From contig NC_135811.1 in assembly GCF_964213995.1 (NCBI RefSeq), positions 48,918,001-48,982,000 of the forward strand: DNA of 64,000 bases. The letters are read 5' to 3'. Both the position numbers and the translations under genes were made by a program. The DNA comes from Mustelus asterias (lineage: Eukaryota). Below are positions 62,515 through 64,000 of this stretch, piece after piece (the stretch's first letter is position 1; the number at the start of each line of letters is the position of its first letter). Under the pieces are notes generated by a model, which saw only the letters and a program-made list of their open reading frames with translations, had not been told where the DNA came from and searched no databases.

Positions 62515-63625
62515 AACATAGAACATAGAACATAGAACAGTACAGCACAGAAGAGGCCCTTCGGCCCACGATGTTGTGCCGAGCTTTATCTGAAACCAAG
62601 ATCAAGCTATCCCACTCCCTATCATCCTGGTGTGCTCCATGTGCCTATCCAATAACTGCTTAAATGTTCCTAAAGTGTCTGACTCCACTATCACTGCAGG
62701 CAGTCCATTCCACACCCCAACCACTCTCTGCGTAAAGAACCTACCTCTGATATCCTTCCTGTATCTCCCACCACGAACCCTATAGTTATGCCCCCTTGTA
62801 ATAGCTCCATCCACCCGAGGAAATAGTCTTTGAACGTTCACTCTATCCATCCCCTTCATCATTTTATACACCTCTATTAAGTCTCCCCTCATCCTCCTCC
62901 GCTCCAGAGAGAACAGCCCTCGCTCCCGCAACCTTTCCTCATTAGACCTACCCTCCAAACCAGGCAGCATCCTGGTAAATCTCCTCTGCACTCTTTCCAG
63001 CGCTTCCACATCCTTCCTATAGTGAGGTGACCAGAACTGCACACAATACACCAAGGTCCTGTACAGTTGCAGCATAACCCCACGGCTCTTAAACTCCAAC
63101 CCCCTGTTAATAAAAGCTAACACACTATAGGCCTTCTTCACAGCTCTATCCACTTGAGTGGCAACCTTTAGAGATCTGTGGATATGAACCCCAAGATCTC
63201 TCTGTTCCTCCACAGTCTTCTGAACCCTACCTTTGACCCTGTAATCCACATTTAAATTAGTCCTACCAAAATGAATCACCTCACATTTATCAGGGGTAAA
63301 CTCCATTTGCCATTTTTCAGCCCAGCTTTGCATCCTATCTATGTCTCTTTGCAGCCTACAACAGCCCTCCACCTCATCCACTACTCCACCAATCTTAGTG
63401 TCATCAGCAAATTTACTGATCCACCCTTCAGCCCCCTCCTCTAAGTCATTAATAAAAATCACAAAGAGCAGAGGACCAAGCACTGATCCCTGCGGCACTC
63501 CGCTAGCAACCTGCCTCTAATCCGAAAATTTTCCATCCACCACCACCCTCTGTCTTCGATCAGACAGCCAGTTACCTATCCAATCGGCCAACTTTCCCTC
63601 TATCCCACACCTCCTCACTTTCATC
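62515..63625 (-). mobile_element. CR1/HER1-type LINE, 5'-truncated RT
   Basis: ORF 62602-63498: [33 protein letters not shown]; (ACATAGA)n tail. Confidence 0.96.
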
Positions 63626-64000
63626 AAAGAACAAAGAACAAAGAACAATACAGCACAGGAACAGGCCCTTCGGCCCTCCAAGCCCGCGCCGCTCCCCGGT
63701 CCAGGATTGAATCCTGAATCCAGGATCCCCGCCCAATTTTCCAGCCTATCTACATACCAATATCCTATCCACCGAGCTGTCCCTCACAGCTACGATGCTT
63801 TTGTTCATTACAACCTATTAACTTACCCCCACCCCCCCATTCCAGACCATGTGATCTCCAGGGAGAGGCGAAAACCCAGAGTGAAAAACCCCAGGGCCAA
63901 TATGGGGAAAGAAAATCTGGGAAATTCCTCTCCGACCCCCTGAGGCGATCGAAACGAGTCCAGGAGATCACAATGGCCCCGATCGGAAAATGCTTCCCAA
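63626..64000 (-). mobile_element. 3' UTR of another CR1 subfamily with an extended structured region
   Basis: (AAAGAAC)n tail plus ACAGCACAGGAACAGGCCCTTCGGCCC terminal stem; nested inverted repeats at 63851-63971. Confidence 0.75.

Overview
Eukaryotic, repeat-dense vertebrate DNA, almost certainly a shark (elasmobranch HE1-type V-SINEs, CR1/HER1-type LINEs, SacSINE/Deu-type SINEs); the taxon is inferred from repeats only. The + strand carries an intact six-coding-exon SLC16A12 (MCT12, creatine transporter) gene, CDS 9357-34758, 479 aa. Convergent with it on the - strand are two tandem two-exon IFIT paralogues, both disabled. This reproduces the human IFIT-SLC16A12 neighbourhood. The rest is transposon-derived: CR1 LINEs, V-SINEs with two different tails, Penelope-like elements (PLEs), PIF/Harbinger MITEs and transposase relics, an ERV-type solo LTR, a Gypsy fragment, and a 1.65 kb G-rich minisatellite. 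The most unusual observations are: (1) a Harbinger-type MITE carrying an intronless, fold-back piece of OPA1 mRNA; (2) a family of hairpin PLE insertions with a fixed ~35-nt tail and minimal hammerhead-ribozyme motifs; (3) Asn at the conserved TM8 Asp of MCT12; (4) a premature stop shared by both IFIT copies inside an apparent gene-conversion tract; (5) a solo LTR inserted beside the IRF sites of an IFIT promoter. Homology calls come from recalled protein sequences and were not checked by database search. Repeat boundaries are approximate.
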